Below, in pieces: positions 24,005 to 37,569 of a stretch of DNA of 64,000 bases. The notes beneath the pieces were generated by a model. That model was not told the origin of the DNA and searched no databases. It saw only the letters and a list, made by a program, of their open reading frames with translations. Within the stretch, counting starts at the first letter, position 1, and every line of letters begins with the position of its first letter. Position numbers and translations under genes: made by a program. Source of the DNA: Nymphaea colorata (Eukaryota); assembly GCF_008831285.2 (NCBI RefSeq), contig NC_045138.2:14632001-14696000 (forward strand), read 5' to 3'.

Positions 24005-26367
24005 GGTCATGTATTGTGGTATTTCTATCTTATTTTTTTCTTTTTGACATCTAGTTTGGAAGGCTGCCTACCCTGAAGTTTATAGCCGCTTGAATTAGGT
24101 TGTGGGGTTATACATAGAGAGGAAGCTGCGGCTGGTTTCTGACTTAAAAAATAGATATGTGACGGAGATGGGAAGCCTGTTTCTAAGAAGTCTGACAATT
24201 GGCAGGAAGTCTGAAGCGGCTCGCCTAGCTTAACTTACTGGAATAAGTATAGATGCCTAAAATTTTTGTTCTCTTATGAACTTTCAGTCCGTGTGCCATC
24301 ACTGTATCTGCTCAGAAGTTTGTTTCTCAAGGGTGTAAATATCGGGTACCTCACCTGGCCACCCCATGGTATGCCAAGTCGTCGAGTTTTTTCATTTTCG
24401 TCCTTTTACTTTGTGAATGCCAAAGATTGTAAACGGTTCACTCTTTGAAGTTTGAACCATCTGCTGTTTGATACAGTTTACGAGTTGCAGATTGAATGCT
24501 AATTGCTGACCCGCTGGGTCTCAGTAATTTCATGCTTTGTTTCTTGGGTTCCTTGCTGTGGGGCTTAATCATTTCTTGTTCGTCCTTTGGAGAACTCTTC
24601 GCATCCTCTTTCATCCATTTGTTGTGCAAGCTTCTTCAATGACAAGGATGGAGACTGGGAAATTTGGTCAGAATGTGTCAAAAGATTCGGTGTCATTGCT
24701 CTTATCCCAGTCTCTGTATAACTCCAGCTTCGATAATTGTATTCTGATGCCTTCACAGAGTAGACATGTTTTCAAACGGCCGGTAACTTTGTCATGATAA
24801 AAATCCAAAAACAGCGATTTTGAACTGATTGGTACTGTGTAAACCTCCTTTTCTGTTTACATCCTAGTTCAATGTTGGCAACAGGGAAACGATGGAAATT
24901 GCGCATGAGATGAATCGGCATGAAGTTGGTGGAATATTTGCATTCGTCTTTCATGTCATGCGATGCTATCATCTGTTGAATAGGCGTTCTGTCAAATCAC
25001 TTTTATTTATGGCATAACTACTAACATGCTTTATGATTTTGGATTCTTTGACATAGAATAATCAGGAGCATAACAATGACATATATCAGAAAGAATTCTG
25101 CTCCTGTTTGGACTGGCAGTTTTTTCTTGTGTACCCTTAAGGTAGTGGCTCCATGAAATTAGGTATTGGACAACGATAGTCTCCTAATCTTTAGCTCGAT
25201 CCCAATCTTAGAGCTTACCGGTGGGAATCTTTTTCTGGTTTACTGATATGATTAATGATAGCTGGAAGACATCTTGTATCCACGAGAACATAATCTCGTG
25301 CAGTTTTGTTGTCAATGGTGGTCTGCAAAGTGCTGCAGTAAAGTGTCTAGATTATATAATCCCTTCTGTAAGAAACTGTTCTTTGCATCTCTCTCTCACA
25401 CACAGTTTTGCGTATGCATCCTCCCATCTCCTCATGGTGGATACCTTTTTCCTTATGCTATAGAACTTTTATTTATAAATTTCATTTAACAGCTAGATCT
25501 GCAATAATTTTGGCCTGTCAACTGCTTGTACGTTGCAATACAATGCTCGACACTCCTTAACACACTCAAATAACCATCCAAAAATAATGCAGGCCTCTCA
25601 GAATGCGTACATACTTTGTGCATTATATGTATATTAGTCAATCACGCAGCCTCCTACTTTTATCTTGCTTTCTCTTGGGCTTGTCCGCTCTGGAAAGGTA
25701 CTCTACAAATTCAGTTGTATACATGGATGCAAACTGTTTAAAGAGCTTAAGGTTAAAGGAATAAAAAAATTATGAAAATCCAATGGATGAGTCATATTTT
25801 CTGTACAATTGATGGTCTCAGTTTTCTAGGTAAATTAGATACATATTTTTATTAATTTTTTCCCCATTCATACATTTTACATCCATTTAATCAGTTTGAG
25901 GTTATGTATTTTTAATCAGCTTGTACCGTAATGAATAAGCCCGTGCATAGCCATCTGGGGCTGCTCATTTACGATCCCTAATCATACCCATTCCATGTCA
26001 TTTGTGCGGAGAACAAAGGTGATATTTGATCGGTTATAGAAAATTTTGCGGGGTGAATATCTACGCTTTGATATTTGTCTGCTTTATATCCTTGACCTCT
26101 TTGAAGAAAACATTTTGCTTCCGTTCCTACATAACCCAAACAATTTGATCGACACTCGCCATCCAATTTCACTGTTCAATTTTTCACAAAATGAAAAAAA
26201 AATCAAAAGTTCTAACTCTAAAAGGACTTCATTCTTGTCTGGTCATATAAGATGGGTTAAAAATTGACCTTTTGATTCATAGCTAGAATGGTTCAAAATT
26301 CATTTGCTCAAGTAAACAAATGGGTTTTGATTTTTTTTAGTCTAGCTTTTACATTTGTTTAGAAGCT

Positions 26368-26368
<1 letters not shown>

Positions 26369-26419
<51 letters not shown>
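26369..26419. repeat. (TA)n microsatellite
   Basis: About 50 nt pure TA run. Confidence 0.95.
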
Positions 26420-26421
<2 letters not shown>

Positions 26422-28352
26422 TCATTAGCCACGACCCACGAGAGCGAGAGGCCCATTTCCTGATGCTTGTCCTCTCTCATGCATTCATTTGATTCACCGG
26501 AAATTGGGCGACCCGTCGCTCTCAAAGTGATCGTTTGGATTCGGATGCACTATGATATAATAGGAGAATTTAGTAACTTCCATGTGTAGAAGGTCAAGAA
26601 TTCAAATTTTTAGAGTGTATGTTCATCCTCCGGCTAGACTCAGAGGGGGGTTGAAAATGATGGTCGATTATTCGTATGACCATAAAAATATAAATTTGGG
26701 GAGTCGCCCAATAAAAATATATGGCATTAAAAAATGAGATGCTTGTGGTTTTCCTTTAATTTGGTACCTGTATTATATTGTTTTTAATGGGTGTGGGTCC
26801 GTTCTGGTTTTGTTTTGAGTAATTGACCGTGGCTCGAAATGATTCTACATAAATCTGGCATTAAAAAATATGGCCCAATATATATATAATATCACCATCC
26901 CTCACTTGAGCGTCGGACGTTGATCCCAAAGCCGACACCAGACAAGCAGCCTGATTCAAGTAGCAGCTATCTTCACGGCTTCAGTCATTCACGTGTGTGA
27001 ACCACTCCTGTTGGTGGTGGTGACAGTTCGGATTCGGAACAGCTAGATATATCAGAAGAGCAACCTAGTCGGTCCTAGGACAAGAGATTATACAATTGAG
27101 ACCAGTTCTGACCAATTTGTATCCCCATTCTTTATAGCGAAGTTTTCCTCCAAGGTCTGTTAATCCACCATTTCATGTGACCGTGTAACCTGACCTGCTT
27201 AATGAACTTTTTCTATACGGCTGTTGCAGTTTGCATGAAACAGCTCGTACTTTTCGAACCTGCTAATGATGCAATACTTGTTGATCCTCATAAACACCAT
27301 CATTATTTGCTTGTGAAATTTGTATCTTAGCCTATATTACGCAGTCGAGGACTCGAGGTGTACAGGTCAATTGCTCATGATGTGAGAAGACAACAAATGG
27401 TTTTCCCCTTATTTTCTGTCCATTTTGCACGGCACCAAATGCTTGCAAACCATTTGAACAAAAGCTCCTTTAGGCTAGGTAGGGAGATCTGGTGCCGTTG
27501 ACATGTTGCCTGGCAAATTGAATCACATTATCCCTGTAACAGTTGCCCTTATCTACTTGTGCGCGTTCATGCAGGCATGATTGTGCCTCTCGTGTATGGA
27601 CATAGTGAAGCATTTTGAACAAATAAACTTTTCATCCCAAAAAATCCTCCCTCCGCTACACACAAACACACACAATGAAGAGGATAGATTATACAAATGC
27701 GAAATGAAATTGCTTTACGCTCACAGCTTCGTTTATTCCAATATGGATGTCATGATTTGTCTTTCACATTCCAACCACAAAATTAGCCCAAGCCCTTCTA
27801 AGGGGCAGAAACAGATATGTTGAAGGCAACGCTCCCAGTCAAGCTTTTTCTGCGTTCATAGCAATGCACTCACATTCTCTTCAGATGCGCCCATGATACA
27901 CTTTCACCAGGACAGCCTGACGCATCTTTTAGAAATCCTTGCCACCACTCAAGGCACTTTGCCATGCCTGTTCAACAATCCAAGTAGCCATGAAAACTCT
28001 CGTGGTAATGCTTCTGGAGCCTCCCATAAAACGCATTACAGTTCTTTCTCTTCCCCACAAGAAATCCTAGAGCAATGCAGGTTCCATGGATCTAACGACA
28101 TGTACAATGAATAATTCAGTGAGATCAACATTGTCCATGGAAGATAATTACAGTGTTATGATACATTCCCTACTGAGAGAAGCCTCAGACAAGAGCTTGG
28201 AATCCACACAAGTTGCAAAAACAGCAAGCTTTTAAGCTTTTCCTGCACGTCTTCAGGAAAAAGAAAGATCGATCAGGTGAGGTGTGACATGCAAGAACCT
28301 TGACACATTAATATGCTCTGACCATATTAAATGGAATTGCTGTACCACGATT

Positions 28353-31300
28353 TCATCTCTGTGCCATTCTGTAGTTGAGTACCAAATCCTCTGGCTTTTT
28401 CCAGATGTATGCTCTGACTGTGGCCAAACTCATCTCAGGATTCAGCAGCTGAACCAATAATTGTAGCATAACTAGAGTTACTAAAGATGATAATTTGGCA
28501 ACTGATAGATGATGCAAGGCGAATATCGGTGCAACCATCAATTTCATGAACATATTATCAACCCTACCGACTTGACAAAGGTGGCAAGTATTAATGAAAA
28601 GACAGGAAATAGTCAGGTTTAGAAACAACAAAAGCTTGAGAAATAGTCTACCTGGTTATTACAGAGAATCTCAATCGAAGCAGGCTTGGGCTTTTGCCAT
28701 GACTTCAAGCTCGATCTGAAAGAGCCATCCCCAACAGGCGGAAGTAATTGTCCCGCAGCACCCGATACAAAGGCTCCATCTGTGCCTTCTAGTGGTTTGT
28801 CAAGCACCATTTTTTCAATAACATAGTTTACAACCTGAAAACAAAGAGATTCTTGTTCAACAAGACAAAAAGTAGAAAAACACTGTGAATGCAGCATAGA
28901 AAAAACAATTTTCCTCCATAAATGGGCAAAAAAATTATGCCCCAAATGGGCTAAATCTCACAACGCCACTTTGATTACAATTTAGATTTGTTCATTGGAC
29001 CAAGCCACACAGCTGGTAGTCGAACCCAACTCTTCCGTAACCCATCAATATTTTCGACACACGTTGCAGGACAACACTCCATGAGAAGGGATAATCTCAC
29101 AAATAGCACAATAAGGAGAGCAATCATGCTTCAGCATCAGAAAGAATAGTCCATCTATCTAAAAGGGCTCACCTTGTGTATCCGTAGAATCCGTGGAGCA
29201 CTTAGCTTTCCTTGAGTTAGGACTTGTACGCTTGTTCCTTCATATGGCTGTAAATAAAAGCTGCACCTGCAGGAATCACAGGAATGTAAAGTCAGCTTTT
29301 TTATAATTACAGCAAATCTAACCAAACCACCAAAATTCTAAACTTAAAAGATGATCTAACCATCAAAACAATTCCATCGCCTTGTACAGGAAATAAATTG
29401 GGCAAACCATTCGCTTCCTTTTATGGAATTGATATTGGGCTGTGCAATGACATAAACCTTGGAGTTGTAATCACTAGTGTTCCGGGAGATTAACAAAACA
29501 AAGCAGAATATGATGGTAAATTCTATATAAGATCATCAAGGTTTTGGGTCTCCAGGTTCTTGATAGATATTCTTGCCCAAATAACAAGTCACTTTAGCTG
29601 TTTGATGACTTCATGGGACATAATGTGAACATTGCACCCCAAGGAAACAAGATTAAAGAACACAGAAGTAAATGAATGAGCACAGTGGACCAAATCAAGC
29701 AAACCACATGTACTTCAACTAGAGGACTTACTTGGTATTTTCTCGAGGAGGTATTCGACCATTCAAAACACAGTCTAAGCACCACCATGGCAACACGCTC
29801 TCGTCCTCTGAACCATCCAAGTCTGTAATTTTTTTTCTCCAAGGACCTCCATGAGAACCTTCAGTAATGATGGAAGGAGGAGAGGTTGTTGAGAACTCAA
29901 ATGATGGGAGGACTGTCGAGCTGTGATTTTCAGTACAATCATCAACCTCCAGTCTGGAATGAGAATGACCTCGGATGGATATATCTTTTGCCATTGAAAC
30001 ATCTCCATTAGCTGAAGATTGTGACCCTGGCCTTTGCTTTTTTTTTGATAACCAAGGAGCCAAAAGGCCCCTAAGTGTCTCTTGAGCTAGATTAATCTGT
30101 ATCATCCAAATTCAGAGTCATCAAATCAATAAATAGAGGATATCCAATGGCAGGCAATAAATACCTATGCTATCAAACTATGCAAACCCTACACTATGTC
30201 ATCATCTTCTCAGATCCCACGTTCCTTTTCCTCTACTTTAGGAGCCACTTTTGCATTTCTTTTGTCTATGATTCTACATAGCTTATTTTGTTCTGCTAAG
30301 GGAAAACAAAAGTAGATAAACAAATAGAGACAGAAACCACATGATCCACCTGATTTTTACAATGAACTTGGTGATGGGCACAGTAATCAGTATTGCACGC
30401 AAAAGAAATTGTAGTTAAAGCTTTCATGGTCTAAACAGAAGAAAAATTGGAGAAATCCAGAAACCACATGATCCTGCTAGCAATGAGACTCGAAAATGGG
30501 TGCAGCAATCAGTTGTGCATATCTGTGCAGAGGAAATTGTAGTTAAAGCTTTCGTGGTCTAAAGAGCAAAAAAAATTAGAGAACTCCAGTATGGATCAGA
30601 TGAGATAAATGAAGGGGATAATTAACAGTAAAGGAGCTTTGGTTCAAGATTCAAGAGAATTTTCCTTTTCTTAGTCGATTGAAACAAGAAAAGACACATA
30701 TGAAACAGGATGGGTACAATTTGATCGGCAGAAGATGAAACTAAGCATAATAATCAATAGTTTTTCATGATTATTGGCTCCGCTGTGTAGAAGAAATAGT
30801 TCCAAGCATCGCAAAAGAATAACATGTTTACCTTTTGTTCTTCAGATGCACCTGGAATTTTCAAATCTGTAGCATACATCTCTGCAGAAAAGCATTGTGG
30901 TGTATCCAAGTGGATGGACATGCTTCCCAGACGAGTATCCATAGTGAACCATGCAGGTATACTAACCTAAAAGATGAAAGAAAAAAAAAAAGGTTGAGCA
31001 TCAATTCAACAAACTAAAGGAACTTACCGAGAAGCCAAAAGATATGCATGGGAGTACCATTTCAAACAACTCTTCCTTCTTTTCTTCAAAAGAAACCTGA
31101 AGTTAAAGAACACAACCAAGGATTATACTGTTTCCTAAAACAATATCAATCCACAACATCTAATATTATCTTGCTCAACTTGTTTATCAGTCACCATAAC
31201 CAATTTCTAGAGATCGTGGAAAAGATTTTGAAACGCAAACCTTGCCATAATCCTGAACAACAGCACCTCTGGTGATCTCCCACAATTTCACAGACCCAGC

Positions 31301-34300
31301 AGCATCCTATCAAAAAAGGCTCAAGCCATAAGCTTTATAAACTAAATCTAAAAAACTTAGTCCTGCAGAACAAAGAAATGGAGAGAACAATAGTTTAAGA
31401 AAAAAGAAAGTGATCTCACCTTAGTCAGGACTTGTCTTCTATTATTCAAAATCTCATGCTGCACAATGCCTGGGTTTCCCGGGATCGTGCATGAAGGATC
31501 TTTATAAACAGGTACCTTTGGCAAAAAATAAACACCAAGAAGTTAAAAAATGAAGAGTAAACCATAGAAAGGACAGAAAAAAGATATAGCAAATTGACGC
31601 TTTACATTGTAAGGTGGAAAGACTAAATAACAACAAAGAAGCTACATGAATCTCCCTGCCTATATAATATGTCAATGGCAAGGTTCAAATGAGAAATGCA
31701 TGAGCAGCAACACTGGAAGCATCAACTTACAAGAGTAGATCCTTCTAAACATGCTCTAGCTCTAGTAAACGACAAATTTCCTGCAAGGAACGATCCACCT
31801 CTTTGAAAAGCCTTCTGAGGGTTACGCCCTTCAGCTGGCCATTTATCTACAGAAGAATCTGTTGTAGCAACCCATATGCTGTCACCTTGCAATGCCATTT
31901 TCAGAATGGGGTGCTCTTTTCTACAAAGTAAAAGGCTCTCCCTAGTTGATAAGTCTGTCAAATACAACTGCGATGGAAGATGCAGATTAAGAAAAGTGAG
32001 CAAAGAGGAACAGAAACTACAATTAAAAAGACAAGTATGATGAAACATGGGCATACTCACAGAAAAATCCCTCCCACCGCTATAGACATGGCTGAAGCTT
32101 GGGGTGCTTACAAGTGCCCAGACAGAATCAGTATGTACAGCATAGGAATGCACACATCGTTGCTGACCAAGATCCCATAAGCTACAAAAGTAAAATTGAA
32201 GGAATTTCTTAACAAGCAGCCACAGACAAAGAATTGGGTATGAGAATTATGTCAATCATTTCAACATGGTACAATTTTTCACCAAATAATCATTTGAGAG
32301 ATGTAACTTAACAATATCAGCTCATGCGAAACTTCACATATCTAATGAACAACCAAGCCAATCCATTTCAAAGAATTTTCTATGAACAACCAAGTAATCC
32401 AGTTGAAGCAATTGTACATAACCAACAACTACACTGTCTTTAAAAACTTGTATGTGATGCCTTCAGCTTTCCTTTAGCTCAACCAATTTTGTTTGTTGCA
32501 ACCGCTGTATACTAGTACACTTGATATTTCATTTCTTTTTCCATCCCTAACCTAAAAAAATTGTACACAAGTTAGTTACCTATAGGGTCACATCTGAAAC
32601 AATAACATCAAACACCAATTACATCCAAAATATGGGCACCTAGTCACTGATATGGCGAGTTATACACTTGCCAAATAAAGTTAGACAATTTGGTTGGATT
32701 GTTTAAACTTTAAACTTTAAAGTTTAAACTATCAATATTCTTGCAAAATATTGGACTATCATGTAAAGAGCAGAGTTTCGGGAGCATGTCAGAAGTAGCA
32801 GTATGATTGTCGGTTGTGTACAACGTCAACTAGCATTTTCAGGATAGTGAGTCTTTAGGAAAGCTTATATCCCTCCTTTTTAAGAGTGATAATCAGATTC
32901 CTTGACAGGCTCACCTAGAACCTGGAATTTGTAGTTATGACCTTGAGTATAGGCAATGAAGCTTTTCTGCTTGTAGTTGTCTTAATCCATTACTTGCTTT
33001 CAACACATTTTTGTTCCTTTTCAGTGTGAAACATCGTAACACTTAGAAGAGAGTTTCATGCCTCTTTTCAAGCATCTTTTATTTTCTTAGCCAACAATTC
33101 ATCACTTAACACATAAAATAGTCACCAGAGAGGGCAGTAAGTTCCAATAATACACCATAAGCATGTATCAGCAAAATAGCTATTCATCTGAAATCTTACA
33201 AGCCATCAGCTATCAGCTATATAGATCTTTCAAACCGAAGAATCTGGTTAAAAAATATACCGTATCATTGAATCAGATGATCCAGACAAGCAAAATCTGC
33301 AAATTAACATGGAAATTGTCACTCTCATATCACCGAGTACATGGAATAACAAAGATCATAGCAGCATCCTTTATGATTTACCATTACTTATCCAGAAGGA
33401 TCTATCATGCATCCTAGTAACATGGTTTTAACTTAGAAAAAAGAAACAGAATTCAGTTTGCATGAGCATAAAACAGTAAAAAAAAAAAGGAAGTCACTTG
33501 CTCAGGCACATTCTCATGTGACCATACAAGAGTGACAAGTAAACAACCAAAGCCAGACAAAAGCAAGCTGAGTTTTGCTTAACCAACCATTTAAAAATCC
33601 TGGAAAAGGGTTTGATGTGGTGAATATGGCATTCAATTTACAGCACACATTATTATAGCTTATAAGAGGAAGACTAAATTGAGACCAGACGAAAAAACAA
33701 AGGTTGTTACGATAATCTATCTGCAACAATGCACTCGAATGATTTAACACGCAAGGATCAAAGCCTTGATGAAATTGGCATGGAGGTGGTCACCAATGTC
33801 TGTGGACAATTGACCTCTACTCACATTCACAGACCAAGTACAGGCAATAAAAAGAACAAAAAAAGATATTTTTGCATCTATGCATACAGTGAATTGGTAG
33901 GTTTCTTTTCAGATTAAAAAGCCCAAATATGACCATGGAACCAAATCTTGTGGCCACCAAACATATACACCACAATTTGCATTTCCTAAAAATATGACGT
34001 ATCCACAGATGTAGTTCTTGAGCTTTATCTGCGAGGTTTTCTTGAGTATGAATTGGAGAGTTTTTTTTCCCTTAAGAATTCAAAAAATTAAAAGCACATA
34101 CGAAAATAAAGTTATGAAATTATGAGTTTTTCACTAATTTTCCTACGACAACATTGTTAATAATTCAAAACAATTATTGAAATATTAAAAGTAAAAAATG
34201 TCCAAAACATCTAAAAAATTAATTTTTTTTCAGAAAATATCATGATATTTTCACGGGAAATGGAAATTGGAGATATTTTCAATGTGAACAAAATCCTATG

Positions 34301-37300
34301 ATTTTAGTTTTTTTTTTTTTTGTGATACTTGAGACTGAAACATGCCTATAATTTTACGTGCCAATACAGGAAAACATTGACAAGCAATAGTTTTTGTATC
34401 CAGAATCAGGTGTCAAAGCCTGGTTCCATCTGCATCAAACCCAAGCAGCACGCCACAAAAATGACTGAACCAAGTCAAATTTCTAAAATATTGGTACAAA
34501 TTACAAAAAAAATACAGGAACCAGTACCTGCCAGTTGAGTCCACAAGCAATGCCCTTATATTATCGGTATGCCCTCTCAGTTTCATTTTCTTAGAACCAC
34601 TTCTCGGATCCCAAACACGAACAACCTTAAAAAATTAACAGTTAGTGACCAATGGGAGCATGTAGACAGCTTTGTCCAAGTGCAGAAGAATCTCATAAAC
34701 AGAACAAAACCTAACCACAAGAATGAAGCATACCTTTTCAGTCCCACCAGAAACAAGTAGAGTACCACAATCATTCATCGCCAATGCATATACTGATTCT
34801 TTGTGGCCCTTCGCAGCAAGGGGATTATATCCCTGTGGTTGTGCAGTATGCAACGAAATTCCACTGCTTGAATTAATAGAACGCATGCCAGATAGTGGCA
34901 GGACAGAACTGCCAGGACTGAGAATTCCATTGGGAGCATCATCCTCCGTATCATCAGTAGACCGTGAAACTGGATGAGCAGCTGCTTCAAGGTCCCATAT
35001 GAAGACCTCTCCACCGAGGCCACCCGAGGCAACAATATTGCTCTAAAATGATACTATAAAAGGATCAGAAAATCGACGCAGTTGTATCAAGAAAAAATTA
35101 ACAACTACCCAAAGATAAAGAGAATAAAGAAGCCTACATTTTTCTCCGCAGAGGACAGACACGTGACATAATCGGAATGTTGTCGATATGTTCTTGTGCA
35201 GGCGCCATCAGAATTCCAAGTCTAGTTCATCACCAATTAACAAATACAATCAAAAATTGAAGAAAGACACACTCCATATGCAGAACATGCTCAATACATC
35301 AGCCTACCTTCAGGGTAGTGTCAGAAGAACAGGAGACAAGAGTCTGTCCTGCAAGAACTACATCATTAACCTGCATACAGACCAAATCAGTGCCACTAAG
35401 AATTCATCATACAATCATGCTCACACACATGCATGTCTGCATGATGCACACCTAAACCCATAAAAGATCAAGAATTTCAACTCAGATACATTTAGCTGTG
35501 GTAGAGACTAAGGCATGTTTGGATGACACCTTCAAAAACCCAGCAAGTTTTTTCATGAGTATTTAAAAGATGGTTTTATATTTTAGGTGACGCATCCAAA
35601 ATACATTTTTTTGTGAATAACCCAAGTAGGCCAGGTTATTCACTCTTCTTTAGAAAACTAGGTTTTGTGAAAACTGCATTTTGGCCAAACTCAATTTTCA
35701 ATGTCGTCCACCAAACACACCCTAAACCTGGTTTCAGAGGTAAAACCAGGTTTTGCTTCAAAACCTCATTTTGAGCTGTCATCCAGAACCCCTTTCAAAG
35801 ACTGCAAGTTTATACTCAGCATAAAAGCAACTCTATACCGTCTCCGTTTTTTTTTCCCTTTTCTCTTCTTTTCAGGAAATAAGACTTCCAAAAGGTTGTT
35901 CATATCCTAGCATTCATTATATTGCCATTGACAATTCTGTAAAACTACTCAGACTATGTGTATAGTGTGATGGTGTTCGGGCAGGTGTACCCCTATTGTC
36001 TAGCACTTCAGGACATCTCTCTTTCAAGGAGGCAGCGAGGATCCGACTTCCCCTAGGGGTAGTAGGATACAACAAAAGAAAAATCAACCATAGTTTCATT
36101 GGATGCCAATAAGCGAAGTTGATCAAGCTGCATGGATGCTGTACATTTTTAATAGAATGAGGATTAACTAATGAAAGGTTTTGCACAAGAAACCTCAGTG
36201 CAGTATTCTTACCTATCTTGACTACCAGCAGATTTTCACTTATCCAACACAAGAAATGGACATAAGCCGTGGTGTGAAATTTAAACACAAGTAAACTGGA
36301 CACAAAAGGAAAGTTACTAAAGCCCATGCTGATTAAGATTTCAGCATTTCAATAGGTTAGGATTATGACTCATCCAAAACCTAAGTAATTTCCACTTCCA
36401 CTCGCGTTGGACATCTGAAGTAGCAGACTTGCTTCTGAATATCTGCACAGCATGCCCTTTTCCTTTAATAGGTTAAAGTATCTCAGCAGGAGATGACTCA
36501 ATTTGCACTTCAATTCACTTGGAAATACAATAGCACTTTAAGCATTGTATATAAGTTCATAGATTATTTTGAACTTGTGTGCTCTTTCTAAAATTATTTT
36601 GAAACCATGTGCTCAGATCTAACTGCTAGAGTTAAGCAGAAATGCAAAACAACAAGGATCGGAACCTGCCAAAGCAACAGGTTGAGGTTCTCATTTTCAA
36701 CCAATTCCTGCACACCTTTCAGTTTTTCAAATCCCAGTGCGATAACTTTCTCAAATTAAAAGAAAAATTTGTATATGAGAAACTCATTTAAAATTTCATT
36801 TTGTTCACTTATTGTCAGTAGTTGAAGTGAAAATACGTGTGTTTGTAGATGTGTGTAACATGGTGAGGAAGAGCAACTTTCATGTCAAAATTTTGAAATT
36901 TTCTAGTTATTAGATTTTCATGTGAAGAATTCAAGGCATTTAAGCAACTAGATATTTCCAACCTTTTTCGATAGTCACCTATCCCTGCTGTTCATCTGCA
37001 TCTAAATTTGTCAAATATCTTCTCCTCTTAACTCAAGGACAAATTATAAAATAGAAAAAAAAAGACAATTTTGGTAAAAAAGCGAGACAATCATACTCCG
37101 ACAAGGATAAACAAAAAAAAAGACAAACACTATGACACTAGTGATAAAGAAAGAAAGAGTGCAGAAACTTCAGGCAGCAAGTAACATACCCAGTCTACAT
37201 GCGACTCAAACGTTGCTGAACAACTGGCAGAATCTTCAGTTAATCCCCAGCGTCTCAATGTACCATCTCTACTTCCAGTAAATAAATAGTCACACCCGCC

Positions 37301-37569
37301 AGGAGTTGAGGACTCTAATATAGCCAGACAATTGATACCAGCACAATGCTACAAAGAGCAGTTTGAAAGTAGCGAGTTTGTTAGAAAATGAAAGCATAAA
37401 TTTCAGCCTACAGAGACATGCCACCTTCTCGTCAGTAGAAGGTCTAGATCAAAAAGGAAAAAGAGCTGACCTTCGTGTCATCTGAATCATTCAAAACATA
37501 TGTCAACCTCTTCTCCCTACGAGGACGTGTTGAATTGGATGCATTACCAGCACTGCCTACACGATGCAT
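28353..37569 (-). CDS. WDR48: WD repeat protein 48 / UAF1 homologue (Arabidopsis LRS1-like), WD40 + DUF3337/SUMO-like C-terminus, 17 coding exons, about 759 aa
   Basis: Exons 37569-37471, 37348-37190, 35370-35308, 35221-35138, 35042-34734, 34625-34528, 33296-33261, 32181-32061, 31967-31731, 31515-31420, 31306-31241, 31096-31058, 30966-30832, 30096-29732, 29266-29173, 28834-28652 and 28448-28353. All GT-AG, phases consistent, total 2280 nt. Translation [119 protein letters not shown]. Confidence 0.96.
30331..30589. repeat. Diverged tandem duplication, about 128 bp x 2, in a WDR48 intron
   Basis: CAGAAACCACATGATCC...GAAATTGTAGTTAAAGCTTTC.TGGTCTAAA...AAAAATT.GAGAA.TCCAG occurs twice in tandem. 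Confidence 0.8.
35512..35722. mobile_element. Tourist-like (PIF/Harbinger) MITE in WDR48 intron 2
   Basis: TAA|GGCATGTTTGGATGAC ... GTCCACCAAACACACCC|TAA: Tourist-type TIR core (GG..TGTTTGG / CCAAACA..CC), TAA flanks, about 210 bp. Confidence 0.6.
35989..36061 (+). pseudogene. trnE-UUC: Plastid-derived tRNA-Glu(UUC) pseudogene (trnE NUPT) in WDR48 intron 2
   Basis: 73 nt ACCCCTATTGTCTAGCACTTCAGGACATCTCTCTTTCAAGGAGGCAGCGAGGATCCGACTTCCCCTAGGGGTA aligns without gaps to the angiosperm chloroplast trnE as I recall it (GCCCCCATCGTCTAGCGGTTCAGGACATCTCTCTTTCAAGGAGGCAGCGGGGATTCGACTTCCCCTGGGGGTA). Anticodon TTC at 36023-36025. The D-loop GG and T-loop TTC are mutated. Confidence 0.9.

Noticed and set aside
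26880..27120. GC-richer stretch after GGCCCA and TATATA motifs, considered as an snRNA or small gene
   Set aside because: No snRNA USE (RTCCCACATCG), no recognisable RNA family, and the frame I read is interrupted by stops.
32701..32729. AT-rich palindrome GTTTAAACTTTAAACTTTAAAGTTTAAAC
   Set aside because: Low-complexity slippage product in an intron; no evidence of function.
35989..36061. Functional nuclear tRNA-Glu gene
   Set aside because: The sequence is plastid type, and the invariant D-loop GG and T-loop TTC (Pol III A/B boxes) are mutated, so it is called a pseudogene.
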